DNA of 64,000 nt, from positions 1,619-65,618 of the forward strand of contig JAUIER010000021.1 in the NCBI GenBank assembly GCA_030429765.1, written 5' to 3'. Shown one piece after another: positions 9,870-20,222 of the stretch. The DNA is from a bacterium (GTDB taxonomy: Bacteria; Omnitrophota; Gorgyraeia; Zapsychrales; Zapsychraceae). The notes beneath the pieces were generated by a model. The model had not been told where the DNA came from. It was given only the letters and a program-made list of their open reading frames with translations, and made no database searches. The position numbers and the translations under genes were made by a program. The stretch's first letter is position 1; each line of letters starts with the position of its first letter.

Positions 9870-10461
9870 TTGACTCCTTGGAATCCTTGATCTGATCTTG
9901 TGTCGCGCTGGCCGCTTCCGGATCAGGCTTAAGTGACTGCAGATGCTGAATGTAGGCGACGACCGCCCAGCGATCTTCCGGGGACAACTGATTGGCATAA
10001 CTGGCCATCACACCGCGTCCATTGGTTATCACGTCATAAAAGTGTCCCGCCTCGGCCTGCCGCAGCCGTCGGTCATAAAATGACGGCGGTTGATTGAATC
10101 CGCGCTCGACCACCAGTCCGTTACCGCTCCCGGTCGGGCCATGGCAGACAATACAGTGAATGTTGTAACGATTGTGCCCGCGAAGGATGAGCTCATCGGT
10201 GATCTTTAATGGATTTTTCCGGATCAACTGATCCTTCATCCGACCCGTAAAATAGGCCTCGTCGTCCCGTAAAAATCCGCGCGCCACCGTTCCATTGACC
10301 AATGGACGTGAGGCTCGGCCATCCTTAAAGAATGAACTCGACTCATATGGCTTATAACGATTGCCGTCACGCATGTTGTCACATCCGACCGTCGTTATAA
10401 TGAATATAAGCGACAATCCCATGAGAAGCGTGCTGATTTTATTTTTCGATAATTTCAACAT
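9853..10461 (-). CDS. actE: alternative complex III monoheme cytochrome c lipoprotein ActE
   Basis: Lipobox-like VGC, CIVCH, DRWAVVAYI; operon position. Confidence 0.9.
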   Translation of the reverse strand: MLKLSKNKISTLLMGLSLIFIITTVGCDNMRDGNRYKPYESSSFFKDGRASRPLVNGTVARGFLRDDEAYFTGRMKDQLIRKNPLKITDELILRGHNRYNIHCIVCHGPTGSGNGLVVERGFNQPPSFYDRRLRQAEAGHFYDVITNGRGVMASYANQLSPEDRWAVVAYIQHLQSLKPDPEAASATQDQIKDSKESNESAN

Positions 10462-10993
10462 AACTTGAACCCAAACCTTCTAAAAATGCCTGACACTTCT
10501 TGGCGTCAAATTCACCGGAATCAGCCTCCACGCACAAAAAGAATTTGTCACGCGTGACGCCTTCAAAACGATCGACCTTAAAGACCGGATGATACGGTCG
10601 CGGCAGACCATTGCGTCCGATCATGCCAAAGACGGCGGTGAACGCTGCGAAGAGGACCGCCAGCTCAAATATGATCGGAATAAATGACACCCAGCTGTTG
10701 AACGGACGTCCGCCGACATTGTACGGATAAGCGATCACCGATAGATAATACTGCAGACCAAAACCGGTCAACGCGCCGATCAATCCGCCGCAGAAAACCG
10801 CCACCAGCAAGTTCGAGGGGCGATGGCCCAACGCCTCACTGAGACCGTGCACAGGAAACGGACTATAGGCATCCATCTGCACGTATCCTTTTTTGCGGGA
10901 TTCGTTAACGGCATGGATCAGATCGTCGGATGTGCTGAACTCCGCGATTACACCATGGTAAATGGATGAATTATCTGATGCTTTCTTGGTCAT
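10439..10993 (-). CDS. actD: alternative complex III subunit ActD (DUF3341)
   Basis: DAYSPFPVHGL, GGRP, FIPIIFEL, DKFFL. Confidence 0.9.
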   Translation of the reverse strand: MTKKASDNSSIYHGVIAEFSTSDDLIHAVNESRKKGYVQMDAYSPFPVHGLSEALGHRPSNLLVAVFCGGLIGALTGFGLQYYLSVIAYPYNVGGRPFNSWVSFIPIIFELAVLFAAFTAVFGMIGRNGLPRPYHPVFKVDRFEGVTRDKFFLCVEADSGEFDAKKCQAFLEGLGSSYVEIIEK

Positions 10994-12380
10994 GATCAAT
11001 CCTGTTATGTTTTCGCTCATGCGCCAGATGCTGCAGCTCCGAAATGGCGATAATCGGCATGATGCGGATAAACATTAACGTTAAGAATAAAAATAGTCCG
11101 ATGGACCCGATATAAGTTGTCCAGTCCCAAACCGTCGGGGTATACATCCCCCATGATGACGGCAGGTAATCCCGATGGAGGCTGGTAACGACGATAATAA
11201 AACGCTCGAGCCACATGCCGGTGTTCACCACTAGCGAGATAATAAACAAGACCAGCATATTTTTACGCAGCTTCGGCGACCATAATAATTGAGGAATGAT
11301 GGCATTGCACGCAATCAGGGCCCAATAGAACGGTGCGTACGGTCCGGTCATCCGGTTCCAGATCATAAATCCCTCATACTGACTCGCGCTGTACCATCCC
11401 ATGAATGCCTCCATCGCATAGCCGTAGGTAACGATCATCCCGGTCACCAGCATAACCTTGGCCATGTTATCCATGTGCTTGTCGGTGATATAACCTTCGA
11501 GGCGATAGATCTTGCGGATCGGAATACTGAGTGTGACAACCATCGCGAACCCGGAAAAGATCGCGCCCGCGACAAAGTATGGCGGAAATATCGTTGCGTG
11601 CCATCCCGGAATGACCGAGACCGCAAAGTCAAAACCCACGATCGTGTGAACCGAAATAACCAGAGGCGCCGCCAGCCCGGCCAATACCTTGTAGGCCTTT
11701 TCATAGCGTTCCCAGTGACGTGCCGATCCCCGCCACCCCAATGAGATGACGGCGTAAATCGTCTTGACCACTTGATTCTTGGCGCGGTCACGCATACAGG
11801 CCAAATCCGGGATCAATCCAACGAACCAAAACAAGAACGAGACGGTCGCGTACGTCGATACGGCAAAAACGTCCCACAGCAGCGGGCTGCGAAACTGCGG
11901 CCAGATATCCATGGTGTTGGGATATGGAAACAACCAGTAGGCGCGGTCCGGTCGACCCACATGCAATAGTGGAAATAATCCGGCACACGCCACGGCAAAC
12001 AAGGTCATGGCCTCGGCAAAACGATTGATCGACGTGCGCCATTTCTGATGCAGTAATAAGAGAATGGCCGAAATAAAAGTCCCGGCATGTCCAATCCCGA
12101 CCCACCAGACGAAGTTGATAATCGCGAATCCCCACCCGACAGGAACATTGATCCCCCAGATACCGATTCCGTCATTAAACAACCGGTACAACGAGTACTT
12201 CAGCAGGGCCAGCATTGCGACCGCGCCGATAAATCCGATGATCCATCCACGGCGTGTCGGAGACAACACCAGGCCGGAGATTCGATCGGCGACATCGGCG
12301 TAGCTGCTGCGGTCATCATAAATCTCTGCCGCGTCGCGTACCGATGGGTCTACAGTTTTTCGTTTAGGTCGCGGGTTCAA
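10971..12380 (-). CDS. actC: alternative complex III quinol-binding subunit ActC (NrfD family)
   Basis: NFVWWVGIGHAGTFISA, RFAEAMT, SPLLWDVFAV, GMWLERF. Confidence 0.95.
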   Translation of the reverse strand: MNPRPKRKTVDPSVRDAAEIYDDRSSYADVADRISGLVLSPTRRGWIIGFIGAVAMLALLKYSLYRLFNDGIGIWGINVPVGWGFAIINFVWWVGIGHAGTFISAILLLLHQKWRTSINRFAEAMTLFAVACAGLFPLLHVGRPDRAYWLFPYPNTMDIWPQFRSPLLWDVFAVSTYATVSFLFWFVGLIPDLACMRDRAKNQVVKTIYAVISLGWRGSARHWERYEKAYKVLAGLAAPLVISVHTIVGFDFAVSVIPGWHATIFPPYFVAGAIFSGFAMVVTLSIPIRKIYRLEGYITDKHMDNMAKVMLVTGMIVTYGYAMEAFMGWYSASQYEGFMIWNRMTGPYAPFYWALIACNAIIPQLLWSPKLRKNMLVLFIISLVVNTGMWLERFIIVVTSLHRDYLPSSWGMYTPTVWDWTTYIGSIGLFLFLTLMFIRIMPIIAISELQHLAHERKHNRIDHDQESIR

Positions 12381-15300
12381 TGCTTGCCTCCTCCATGTTC
12401 AGAATGATCATGGACCGTTACATGTGCCGCCTTGGGTTTATGAGTTTCCAGTTTTGGATTCGGATTGCGAACGCGCGCTAAATAACTCAGTCGTGGGAAC
12501 GTATTCAGCTCAGTGAGCAGGCCATAGTTCAGCGGTGATTCCTTTAGACGGCTGACCTCGCTCTGGGGATCACGGATATTTCCGAAGCTGATCGCCTCGG
12601 CCGGGCAGACAGCCTGGCAGGCGGTCACCACTTCGCCATCTTTGATATCACGATTTTCTTTCTTGGCGGTAATGCGGGCCTGGTTAATGCGCTGCACACA
12701 GAATGTACACTTTTCCATGACCCCGCGGTTACGCACGGTCACATCGGGATTGCTGCGCAGCTTGGCCGGTTCACTATGCTTGTCCGCGTACTGGAAAAAG
12801 TTGAAACGTCGAACCTTGTATGGACAGTTATTCGAACAGTAACGGGTCCCCACGCAACGGTTATAGGTCATCTCATTCAGGCCTTCATCCGAATGACCTG
12901 TCGCCTGGACCGGACAAACCGGCTCGCATGGCGCGTTCTCACAATGCATACACATCACCGGCTGATGATGAGTCGTCGGCTGATCGATCTCGCCTTCATA
13001 GTAATTATCGACACGGATCCAGTGCATCTCGCGTCCTCGACGCACTTCTTCTTTTCCGACGACCGGTGTATTGTTCTCAGATTGACAGGCCGTCACACAC
13101 GCATTGCAGCCGACACATTGATTGAGATTGACCGTCATCCCCCATTGATGCGGAGCGCGGTCGGGATGTTGGGGATACATCGACAGCTCATACCCCTGCG
13201 TCCCGTGGGCATGCGCGTGCGCAAAGTCCGGATGATGCTTGTACTCGTCGAGACTGGCGGAACGAACCAATTCCCGTCCGTGCATGCTGTGATGGATCTG
13301 CGTCGACGCGAGCCCATATTTGATCCCCAATTTGGAAATCGTCGCGCCGGAGAGTCGCCACTGATGTTCGGCTGTTTGTAATTTCGTGACATTGAAGCCC
13401 TTGTCATTGCCAAGCGCGCCACTATGCTTGCGGCCGTAGCCTAAATAGGCGCTGACCGATTGGGCGCAATGGCCCGGTACGATCCAAACCGGCAAACTGA
13501 CACGAACCTTTCCGTTGGAGACTTCGACCATATCTTCATTTTCAAGTTTGTACTTCTCTGCGGTCGCCGGACTGACTAACAAGGCGTTGTCCCAGGTGAT
13601 CTTGGTTAATGGTTTGGGCAATTCCTGAAGCCAACCGTTGTTGGCAAAACGTCCGTCCCATACCGCCGGATCCGGATTGATCACCACTTCGATCTGATCG
13701 GCCTTGGTGCTGGACGGTCGATTGAGCTTACCCAGATCATCGGCGGCAAATTCCACCCGCATCTGGACTTTCTTTGGTTTAAAAGCCGTGCGCGCGACAA
13801 ACCCGTCATGTAAAGCCTTTCGCCAAACCAGTTCAAAGTCAACCGTCTTGGATGTTGATTTCCAGTAATCACGGACAATATCATGCGCCGTCTTAGCATC
13901 GGCGGAAATCAGTCCATGCAGAAACTCGTGCACAGAAATTCCGTTGTATAACGGATGAATCAAAGGCTGCATCATGGTCACGGTGCCGTCGGATGCCCGC
14001 CCGTCTGAAAACATTTCGAGAAAATGCATGGACGGAACATGCCACTGACAGGCCATGGCGGTTTCGTCCCGGTATAATCCAAAATGAACGGTATTCGATA
14101 CTTTGCCTAAATGAGTTTCAAAAGATAGCTCTCTTGCTGTGGTATATACTGGGTTGGTGTTCAGCATGATCAGCGTGTTGACGTCACCTTTTTCCATCGC
14201 CTGAGACAAATCGCTGATCGATTCCTGCAAGAGCTGCGGATTGCTTGCGACTGGCTGAATATAATTGACCGTGCGCGACACATTGTCGAGCCGGGCATTC
14301 ATACTGTGAGCCAATGCCTGCACCCATTGCGGCGCGCGGTCGCCCGCGATCACCAGACTTTCCCCCCGATGTTTGATTAGATCTTCGGCCACGACATGGA
14401 CCCATTTGATTTCCTCGTTTGAAAGCTTTCCATCGACAATGGCGGGAAATTTGACGCCGATCTGTTGAGCGAGAGCGCAAACCATTAACGTCATGCGGTA
14501 GCTGTTTTTGGCCATCAGATGATCGGCATTGGCCCCCGTCATCGTAGGAGACGATTCTATCGCGTAGAGCCGGTTCATTTGATTGACATCGCTGTCAACG
14601 ACACGTCGTCGGGCCGTAAACTCCCGGGTGTAGCGAAGATGCCCCGGTTGATTGTCCATAAAATTAGAATCCAGCGCCAAGATGGTTCGCGCACGTTTAA
14701 AATCATAGATCGGATCAACGTACTCGCCGAAGACCATTTGCTGTGCTCGACGGGCGTCGTCACTATGGATCGCCTCATGCTGATGCCATTTGATGCCCGG
14801 AAAGGCCTTGATCACCTGCCGGATCTGACTGGCTAAGGTCGGTGACACAATCCGGTCGGTGAGTATCCGCACGCCTTTACCCTCAGAATCCTTGAGTTCT
14901 TTGCGCAGAAAGCGATATAAATTGTTGATCGAATCTGCCTGACCATCCTTCAACACCTGGTTTGAGCGGTCAGGGTCGTAGAGGCCTAACACGGCGGACT
15001 GATGAATGGCGCTCGTCGCCCCCAGACTATCGACGTGCTCGGGATTGCCTTCGATCTTGGTCGGTCGCCCCATGTGGGATTCAACCAGTAGACCTGTTGA
15101 TGAACCGTTGAACGGCATGGATGTCGCAAAGTAAAGCGGCTTGCCCGGAATGATTTCCTCCGGAGCCGTGACGTACGGCACAATTTTTTCAAGCGGTTGA
15201 CGACTGCAGCCCGGCAGCATGGTCATCACCAGCGAGGCACCCATCAATTTGAGAAAATCGCGCCGGCTCAAATCCTCTTTGGCGGTCATCGGCGCCGAAC

Positions 15301-15439
15301 CATGCGGATACTCTTCCTGCAGAAACTGATTGAATTCCTCGGTCTCGGCCAGTTCATCCAGGCTGCGCCAGAATTTTTCTCCCTGCCGATTCTGCAGTTT
15401 GGCTCGAATTTGCTGTATTGTCATTTTTTTCTTGGCCAT
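12377..15439 (-). CDS. actB: alternative complex III subunit ActB (molybdopterin oxidoreductase-like domain plus Fe-S domain)
   Basis: FWRSLDEL, Tat motif SRRDFLK, GRPTKIEGNP, CVGCNAC, CMHC..PCEPVCP, CVGTRYC..NCPY, EKCTFC. Confidence 0.95.
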   Translation of the reverse strand: MAKKKMTIQQIRAKLQNRQGEKFWRSLDELAETEEFNQFLQEEYPHGSAPMTAKEDLSRRDFLKLMGASLVMTMLPGCSRQPLEKIVPYVTAPEEIIPGKPLYFATSMPFNGSSTGLLVESHMGRPTKIEGNPEHVDSLGATSAIHQSAVLGLYDPDRSNQVLKDGQADSINNLYRFLRKELKDSEGKGVRILTDRIVSPTLASQIRQVIKAFPGIKWHQHEAIHSDDARRAQQMVFGEYVDPIYDFKRARTILALDSNFMDNQPGHLRYTREFTARRRVVDSDVNQMNRLYAIESSPTMTGANADHLMAKNSYRMTLMVCALAQQIGVKFPAIVDGKLSNEEIKWVHVVAEDLIKHRGESLVIAGDRAPQWVQALAHSMNARLDNVSRTVNYIQPVASNPQLLQESISDLSQAMEKGDVNTLIMLNTNPVYTTARELSFETHLGKVSNTVHFGLYRDETAMACQWHVPSMHFLEMFSDGRASDGTVTMMQPLIHPLYNGISVHEFLHGLISADAKTAHDIVRDYWKSTSKTVDFELVWRKALHDGFVARTAFKPKKVQMRVEFAADDLGKLNRPSSTKADQIEVVINPDPAVWDGRFANNGWLQELPKPLTKITWDNALLVSPATAEKYKLENEDMVEVSNGKVRVSLPVWIVPGHCAQSVSAYLGYGRKHSGALGNDKGFNVTKLQTAEHQWRLSGATISKLGIKYGLASTQIHHSMHGRELVRSASLDEYKHHPDFAHAHAHGTQGYELSMYPQHPDRAPHQWGMTVNLNQCVGCNACVTACQSENNTPVVGKEEVRRGREMHWIRVDNYYEGEIDQPTTHHQPVMCMHCENAPCEPVCPVQATGHSDEGLNEMTYNRCVGTRYCSNNCPYKVRRFNFFQYADKHSEPAKLRSNPDVTVRNRGVMEKCTFCVQRINQARITAKKENRDIKDGEVVTACQAVCPAEAISFGNIRDPQSEVSRLKESPLNYGLLTELNTFPRLSYLARVRNPNPKLETHKPKAAHVTVHDHSEHGGGKH

Positions 15440-15457
15440 AGTCTCTCTACACCCTCA

Positions 15458-16198
15458 TTAACGGTGGCACGCTGAACAATTCATCGGACGGTTGACTTTT
15501 TGTAATTGATACTGATTTGGATTAATCTGTGCGTCTTTATCAGCAAATTCCTCCAAAAATCTGACATATGTCGACATATCGTCGCTGGACGGATTCACCT
15601 GGGCTTGATTGGTCATTCGTGCGGAACCTGAATCCCCGGTGACCATATCAAAAACATCTTTGGGTTCCCGCCTGTTGATCTCCGGATGCCGGTGACAATC
15701 CAGACACCATTTCATCAGCAGTGTATTGTCGCGGCTGACCACCTCCATTTGATCGATTTGTCCGTGACAGGTGACACAACCGATCCCTTTGTTGACGTGA
15801 ATGCTGTGATCGAAATAGACATGATCGGGAAGGTCATGAACTCTGACCCATTCGATAGGCATATTGGAGGCCTTGCTGGCATGCAATGGAGCCAGCAGCG
15901 GACTGTCTTTTTTGACAACTGAGTGGCACTTTAGACAAGTATCCGTCGTCGGGATGCCGGCAAACGAAGAGTTCTCGACAGATGTATGACAAAACCGGCA
16001 GTCCATTTGTAATTGCCCCACATGCAGTTCATGACTGAATGGGATAGGCTGCTGTTTTTCTTTCCCCACTTGAGTATAAATGGGTGAGCGTACATACGAG
16101 TACCCCATAAATCCCAGCAACGCGACTGTGCCCGCCGCCAGTAATAAACTTAACACGGATATTTTGTTCCAGATGGGTTGTCTAAACGGATACGGCAT
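15458..16198 (-). CDS. actA: alternative complex III pentaheme cytochrome c ActA
   Basis: N-terminal TM, QPIPFSH, five CxxCH motifs (CRFCH, CLKCH, CVTCH, CLDCH, CSACH). Confidence 0.95.
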   Translation of the reverse strand: MPYPFRQPIWNKISVLSLLLAAGTVALLGFMGYSYVRSPIYTQVGKEKQQPIPFSHELHVGQLQMDCRFCHTSVENSSFAGIPTTDTCLKCHSVVKKDSPLLAPLHASKASNMPIEWVRVHDLPDHVYFDHSIHVNKGIGCVTCHGQIDQMEVVSRDNTLLMKWCLDCHRHPEINRREPKDVFDMVTGDSGSARMTNQAQVNPSSDDMSTYVRFLEEFADKDAQINPNQYQLQKVNRPMNCSACHR

Positions 16199-16369
16199 AT
16201 GCTTGTAGATATGGCATATAAGATTGATTGCACGGTTCTGATAAGCAGATCAATTTATATTAATTTTATAGCACAAAAATTTGGCAGAATGATAGCACAA
16301 ATCATTTAAAATTTAAATACCTTTTATAGATAAACTCTAGGCATTATGATGATCTGCCCAACTTGTTTA

Positions 16370-17275
16370 CTAAAAATGCAGCAGCAAGTTCACGTAAAGC
16401 CGTGAATCGAGTAAGTCGTCACGGTCCGACACGGTTTCTTCCCAGGCGGCACCTAGCTGTACATTGTCGGTTAGCAGGTAACGAAATCCGGCTGCTAAAG
16501 TAAGTGTTGTTCCGACGTTGGAGGATCCCAGGTTTAATACGTCATGCCCCTCGACGCCCACGGCCACTCTTTTGCCTTCGTCAATTGTACTGATCCCGTT
16601 AAATTCCAGAATCGGATAGAACTTTGGTAAGAGTTCATAGTCAAAGTGAATCGAATAATGCAGCTGACTGGTATTATCGGATCCATCAATCGCCAGATTG
16701 GTACCGATATTTCCCTGTACACCAAATTTCCCCCAATGCTTGGCTCCACTCACAAACAAATCGATAAATCCGTCTCCATGCCCTTGCAGTGATATGCCGG
16801 AGGTATCGATATCTCCTACCGGAATCTCGTATCGAGCCCCGGCCGTAACAATGTAATCATCGACTTCACTTTGAATTAAGGCGTACTTAAAACCAATAGC
16901 GATATTCGCCCCGCCCTCGGTATCAGAGAGCACGTTACCGAAGTGAAAGTCAGCAAATCCATCCTTGGTGGCGATTAATCCCAATCGGTCTGTCAGCGCC
17001 AATCGGGCTTGCGCCGCATACAAGTTTATCTGTCCGCCGCTGGTAATCGCGTCGTCCGGAATGATTTGATACCAGTACCATAGACTCGCTTCAGTCGTAA
17101 TGTAAGGTGTCTCGTTAAACAGCGCGTTACTCAATGGAGGAACATAACGCCGTTCCATGCCCGATGTGCTGCTGAAGGAGCCGCGGTCCCAGTCCCAGGC
17201 CGCTCCGGCCGAGGATGTAAACCCCAACGAAATTAGACTGATAAAACTGCCGATGACTAGTGTTTTGAACTTCAT
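16370..17275 (-). CDS. putative outer-membrane beta-barrel protein
   Basis: Signal peptide, alternating amphipathic strands, C-terminal Phe (YVNLLLHF). Confidence 0.65.
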   Translation of the reverse strand: MKFKTLVIGSFISLISLGFTSSAGAAWDWDRGSFSSTSGMERRYVPPLSNALFNETPYITTEASLWYWYQIIPDDAITSGGQINLYAAQARLALTDRLGLIATKDGFADFHFGNVLSDTEGGANIAIGFKYALIQSEVDDYIVTAGARYEIPVGDIDTSGISLQGHGDGFIDLFVSGAKHWGKFGVQGNIGTNLAIDGSDNTSQLHYSIHFDYELLPKFYPILEFNGISTIDEGKRVAVGVEGHDVLNLGSSNVGTTLTLAAGFRYLLTDNVQLGAAWEETVSDRDDLLDSRLYVNLLLHF

Positions 17276-17426
17276 ATCCCCCCCTGATTTGATGAATTGA
17301 TTCAGATATCGATGAATTTGATACCTATAATGCTACTTATACATGTGATTATACGTATTAGAGACCCGTTGTCAAATACTATCATTTCAATATTTTCTGA
17401 TAATACTAGTCAGGATTACTTAGGTA

Positions 17427-18476
17427 TTACCATTCCAGCGCACCACCGGTCTGATACTCTGTTACACGGGTCTCGAAAAAGTTTTTCTCCTTTTTAAGAT
17501 CAATGATCTCGCTCATCCATGGGAATGGATTTTTTGATCCATAGAAGGCTGAAAGCCTGAGCTTTTCCAAACGACGGTCGGCCAGATATTGAACATACTC
17601 TTCGATAAGATCACAATTCAAGCCCAATATTCCATTAGGCAGACATTCTTTAATATAGGCTTTTTCCAGTGTCACCGCGCTTTTAATGAAGGTGTCAATT
17701 TCGGCCTTAAATTCGTCGGTCCATATTTTGGGATTTTCATCGACGATGGCATTGATCAGTTCAATGCCGAAATTCATGTGGATGCTTTCATCGCGCAGGA
17801 TGTACTGAATTTGTTCGACAGTTCCGGGTATTCGATTCTGCCGTCCAAAGGACAACATCGTCACAAACCCCCCGTAAAAAAAGATTCCCTCCGTGATCAC
17901 ATACAGCCCCACGCAATTCTTGATAAATGTCTGGAGCCCTTTGGTTGTTTTTAGATCTTCGATGTTCATATCCAGAATACTGCTGGTGCAGCTCATGGCA
18001 TGCTCGTCTTTGTCATATATCGCCTCGACTTCCCGGTACATATTGAACATCTCCCCTTCATCGAGCGATAGGGATTGAACAATATATTGAAAGGCGTGAA
18101 CATGGATGGCCTCCTCGAAGGCCTGCCTCAATAGATATTGCCGGCATTCCGGATTGTCAACACATCGATACACGGCCAGCACGAGATTATTTCCGACGAG
18201 CGTTTCGGCAGTGGCAAAAAAGCCCAATACCCGCTTGATCACATGCCGTTCATCATCCGTGAAGGCATCCGGATTCTTCCATTGCTCTATATCCCGCTGC
18301 ATGGAGATTTCGGTCGGCATCCAATGATTCGCGCATCCATCCAGATAGAAATTCCAGGCCCATCGGTATTTAATGGGAACTAATTGATTGCAATCCACCG
18401 TGCGTCCGTTATTAATGATCCGTTTGTCGTCCGCTGAGATTCGCTGATTGGTCATGAAAAATGATTGTTTCGACAT
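17427..18476 (-). CDS. nrdB: ribonucleotide reductase beta subunit with class Ic (R2c, Mn/Fe) signature
   Basis: [30 protein letters not shown] and C-terminal [11 protein letters not shown]. Confidence 0.92.
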   Translation of the reverse strand: MSKQSFFMTNQRISADDKRIINNGRTVDCNQLVPIKYRWAWNFYLDGCANHWMPTEISMQRDIEQWKNPDAFTDDERHVIKRVLGFFATAETLVGNNLVLAVYRCVDNPECRQYLLRQAFEEAIHVHAFQYIVQSLSLDEGEMFNMYREVEAIYDKDEHAMSCTSSILDMNIEDLKTTKGLQTFIKNCVGLYVITEGIFFYGGFVTMLSFGRQNRIPGTVEQIQYILRDESIHMNFGIELINAIVDENPKIWTDEFKAEIDTFIKSAVTLEKAYIKECLPNGILGLNCDLIEEYVQYLADRRLEKLRLSAFYGSKNPFPWMSEIIDLKKEKNFFETRVTEYQTGGALEW

Positions 18477-18521
18477 AATGTCCTCCGATTGAATTCAAAT
18501 TAAGGGCATATCAAAAATGTT

Positions 18522-18683
18522 TTAAAATGGGGCTTCGGACTCGCGGGAATTCAGTTCCCGCTCAAGGATACGGATGTAATAACGGAAAACCCCCAGGATG
18601 GTCCGCAGCTTTTCCGTCTCATACGACTTGATATCGTCTTCCTTGGACTGTAACAATTTCACGAGTAGATTGAGATTCACCAT
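18522..18683 (-). CDS. small hypothetical protein (53 aa)
   Basis: Below the ORF-track cutoff; GGAGG RBS before ATG; MVNLNLLVKLLQSKEDDIKSYETEKLRTILGVFRYYIRILERELNSRESEAPF; directly upstream of nrdB. Confidence 0.55.
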   Translation of the reverse strand: MVNLNLLVKLLQSKEDDIKSYETEKLRTILGVFRYYIRILERELNSRESEAPF

Positions 18684-18769
18684 ATAGACCTCCTAGATTT
18701 CACCTCTATAAAGGTTAATCACATGTATTTATATATATTAAAGATAAAAAAATATTCCAATGGGCCGTA

Positions 18770-19162
18770 TCAAACCAAATCTTGAATGGTGGTGTTCCGG
18801 AGAAAATCCATGTAGACAGACTTGACCTGCTTCCATTTATCATGCACGGCACAAGGATGGACATCCGAGCATTTTTTGAGACCGAGCGCGCATCCTGACC
18901 AGATCGTCACATTGTCAATCGGCTCGACGATATCATACAAAGTGATCTTTTTAGGACTCTTTTTGAATTGAAATCCGCCGTGTAATCCGCGCTGCGACGT
19001 CAGAATGCCACGGCTGGCCTGGGCCTGAAGGAGTTTACTCAGGTAGTTCTGGGGGGCCCGGATTTTCTGAGCGATCGCACCTGCACCCATCCGTTGATCC
19101 CGGGGTAACCGGGCGAGTTCGGTCAGTGCGTTTATGACTAATGTGCTGGTTTTGCTTAACAT
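18770..19162 (-). CDS. Rrf2 family transcriptional regulator
   Basis: YLSKLLQ, SQRGLHGGF, TLYDIV, Cys cluster CALGLKKCSDVHPCAVH. Confidence 0.92.
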   Translation of the reverse strand: MLSKTSTLVINALTELARLPRDQRMGAGAIAQKIRAPQNYLSKLLQAQASRGILTSQRGLHGGFQFKKSPKKITLYDIVEPIDNVTIWSGCALGLKKCSDVHPCAVHDKWKQVKSVYMDFLRNTTIQDLV

Positions 19163-19248
19163 GATTTATTTAGATAACTACATGCTATTATAATCATACA
19201 TCGTTCTCTGTCAATACAGTTAACGAGATAATGCCCCAACGCAACGCT

Positions 19249-19716
19249 TTATTCGGCACTGAGATATCGACGACTGACCCGATGAATCAGCCAGATCAGC
19301 CAGATCGACCGAACAGACCACAGCCCCGTCCGGATGGTATTTGATTGCAGAAGTTTGGCATGTTGATCGGCATCAAAAACCGGATCCAGCCCATTGTGCG
19401 CGGGAACCGACATTCCCATCGTCACGATCCAAATCAAGATCACCAAACTTAAACCAAATATGGCCCCGCGGCGGGTGGTTAGGGGTTGTGGGTAGCGGAT
19501 CAGCAGTCCCGCGGTGATCAATTCGACGATCATCGGCAGCATCACCACGAGCGTGATCGCATGCAGGTGGTAATCGTGATAATCACGCCAGCCATCCCCC
19601 ACGTAGGCGAACAGCGGATAATTGACGATCTGTACCAGCCAAATCAAACCGGTTACAAAGAACGTGCAAAAGATATGTGTGATCCAAATCCAACTGCGCA
19701 TGAGATGATGCTGCAT
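19249..19716 (-). CDS. hypothetical membrane protein
   Basis: About 4 TM; GLIWLVQIVNYPLF, VPAH, NTIRT. Confidence 0.7.
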   Translation of the reverse strand: MQHHLMRSWIWITHIFCTFFVTGLIWLVQIVNYPLFAYVGDGWRDYHDYHLHAITLVVMLPMIVELITAGLLIRYPQPLTTRRGAIFGLSLVILIWIVTMGMSVPAHNGLDPVFDADQHAKLLQSNTIRTGLWSVRSIWLIWLIHRVSRRYLSAE

Positions 19717-19756
19717 ATAATTTTAAGGCCCGATCAGTTTGAAGATTAAAGTGAAA

Positions 19757-20221
19757 TTATCCAAAACGAAACAGAGTCCGTCCGTATGGAAAAAATGGCC
19801 ATGGGATGGAAACCAGCACGATGAGTAGTGTGAAAATGATACTTAAGGTGAGCCGCCGGCCGATGATTTGCGGATCGCTGGTTCGTTTGGACATCCACCC
19901 CCCGATATGTAAAACAATAAGGGCGATCGACATGGCGAAGAAATGCTCCAGGGCAAAAAATCTGAGGTGAGGATCGGCCATCATATCCACATCCGGCTGT
20001 AATGCCACCTTTACAATCGGACTGTAGAAAAAGTAGAGCAGCAATCCCAAAAGAAACTGAAAATCAAACACACCCAATGTGATGATCCGAAAGAGATGAT
20101 CATGACGGCCCCAGCCGCGTTTTTTCATCCAGCACTGATAGGCCTTTAATCCCAGCATGGCCAACAGGATCAGGACCAGCCAACGCCCCCATGAGTGCAG
20201 CAGCAATATCAGCGAATACAT
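19757..20221 (-). CDS. 4-TM membrane protein, possible cytochrome b
   Basis: Start MYSL at 20221; HSWGRW, QFLLG, EH...H pattern. Confidence 0.65.
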   Translation of the reverse strand: MYSLILLLHSWGRWLVLILLAMLGLKAYQCWMKKRGWGRHDHLFRIITLGVFDFQFLLGLLLYFFYSPIVKVALQPDVDMMADPHLRFFALEHFFAMSIALIVLHIGGWMSKRTSDPQIIGRRLTLSIIFTLLIVLVSIPWPFFPYGRTLFRFG

Positions 20222-20222
20222 G

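Noticed and set aside
9870-9998. N-terminal extension of ActF
   Set aside because: Overlaps actE; an RBS-supported ATG lies at 9869.
16220-17320. FNR-like TTGAT half-sites upstream of actA and the barrel gene
   Set aside because: Spacing is N6 and the arms are imperfect; they do not fit TTGAT-N4-ATCAA.
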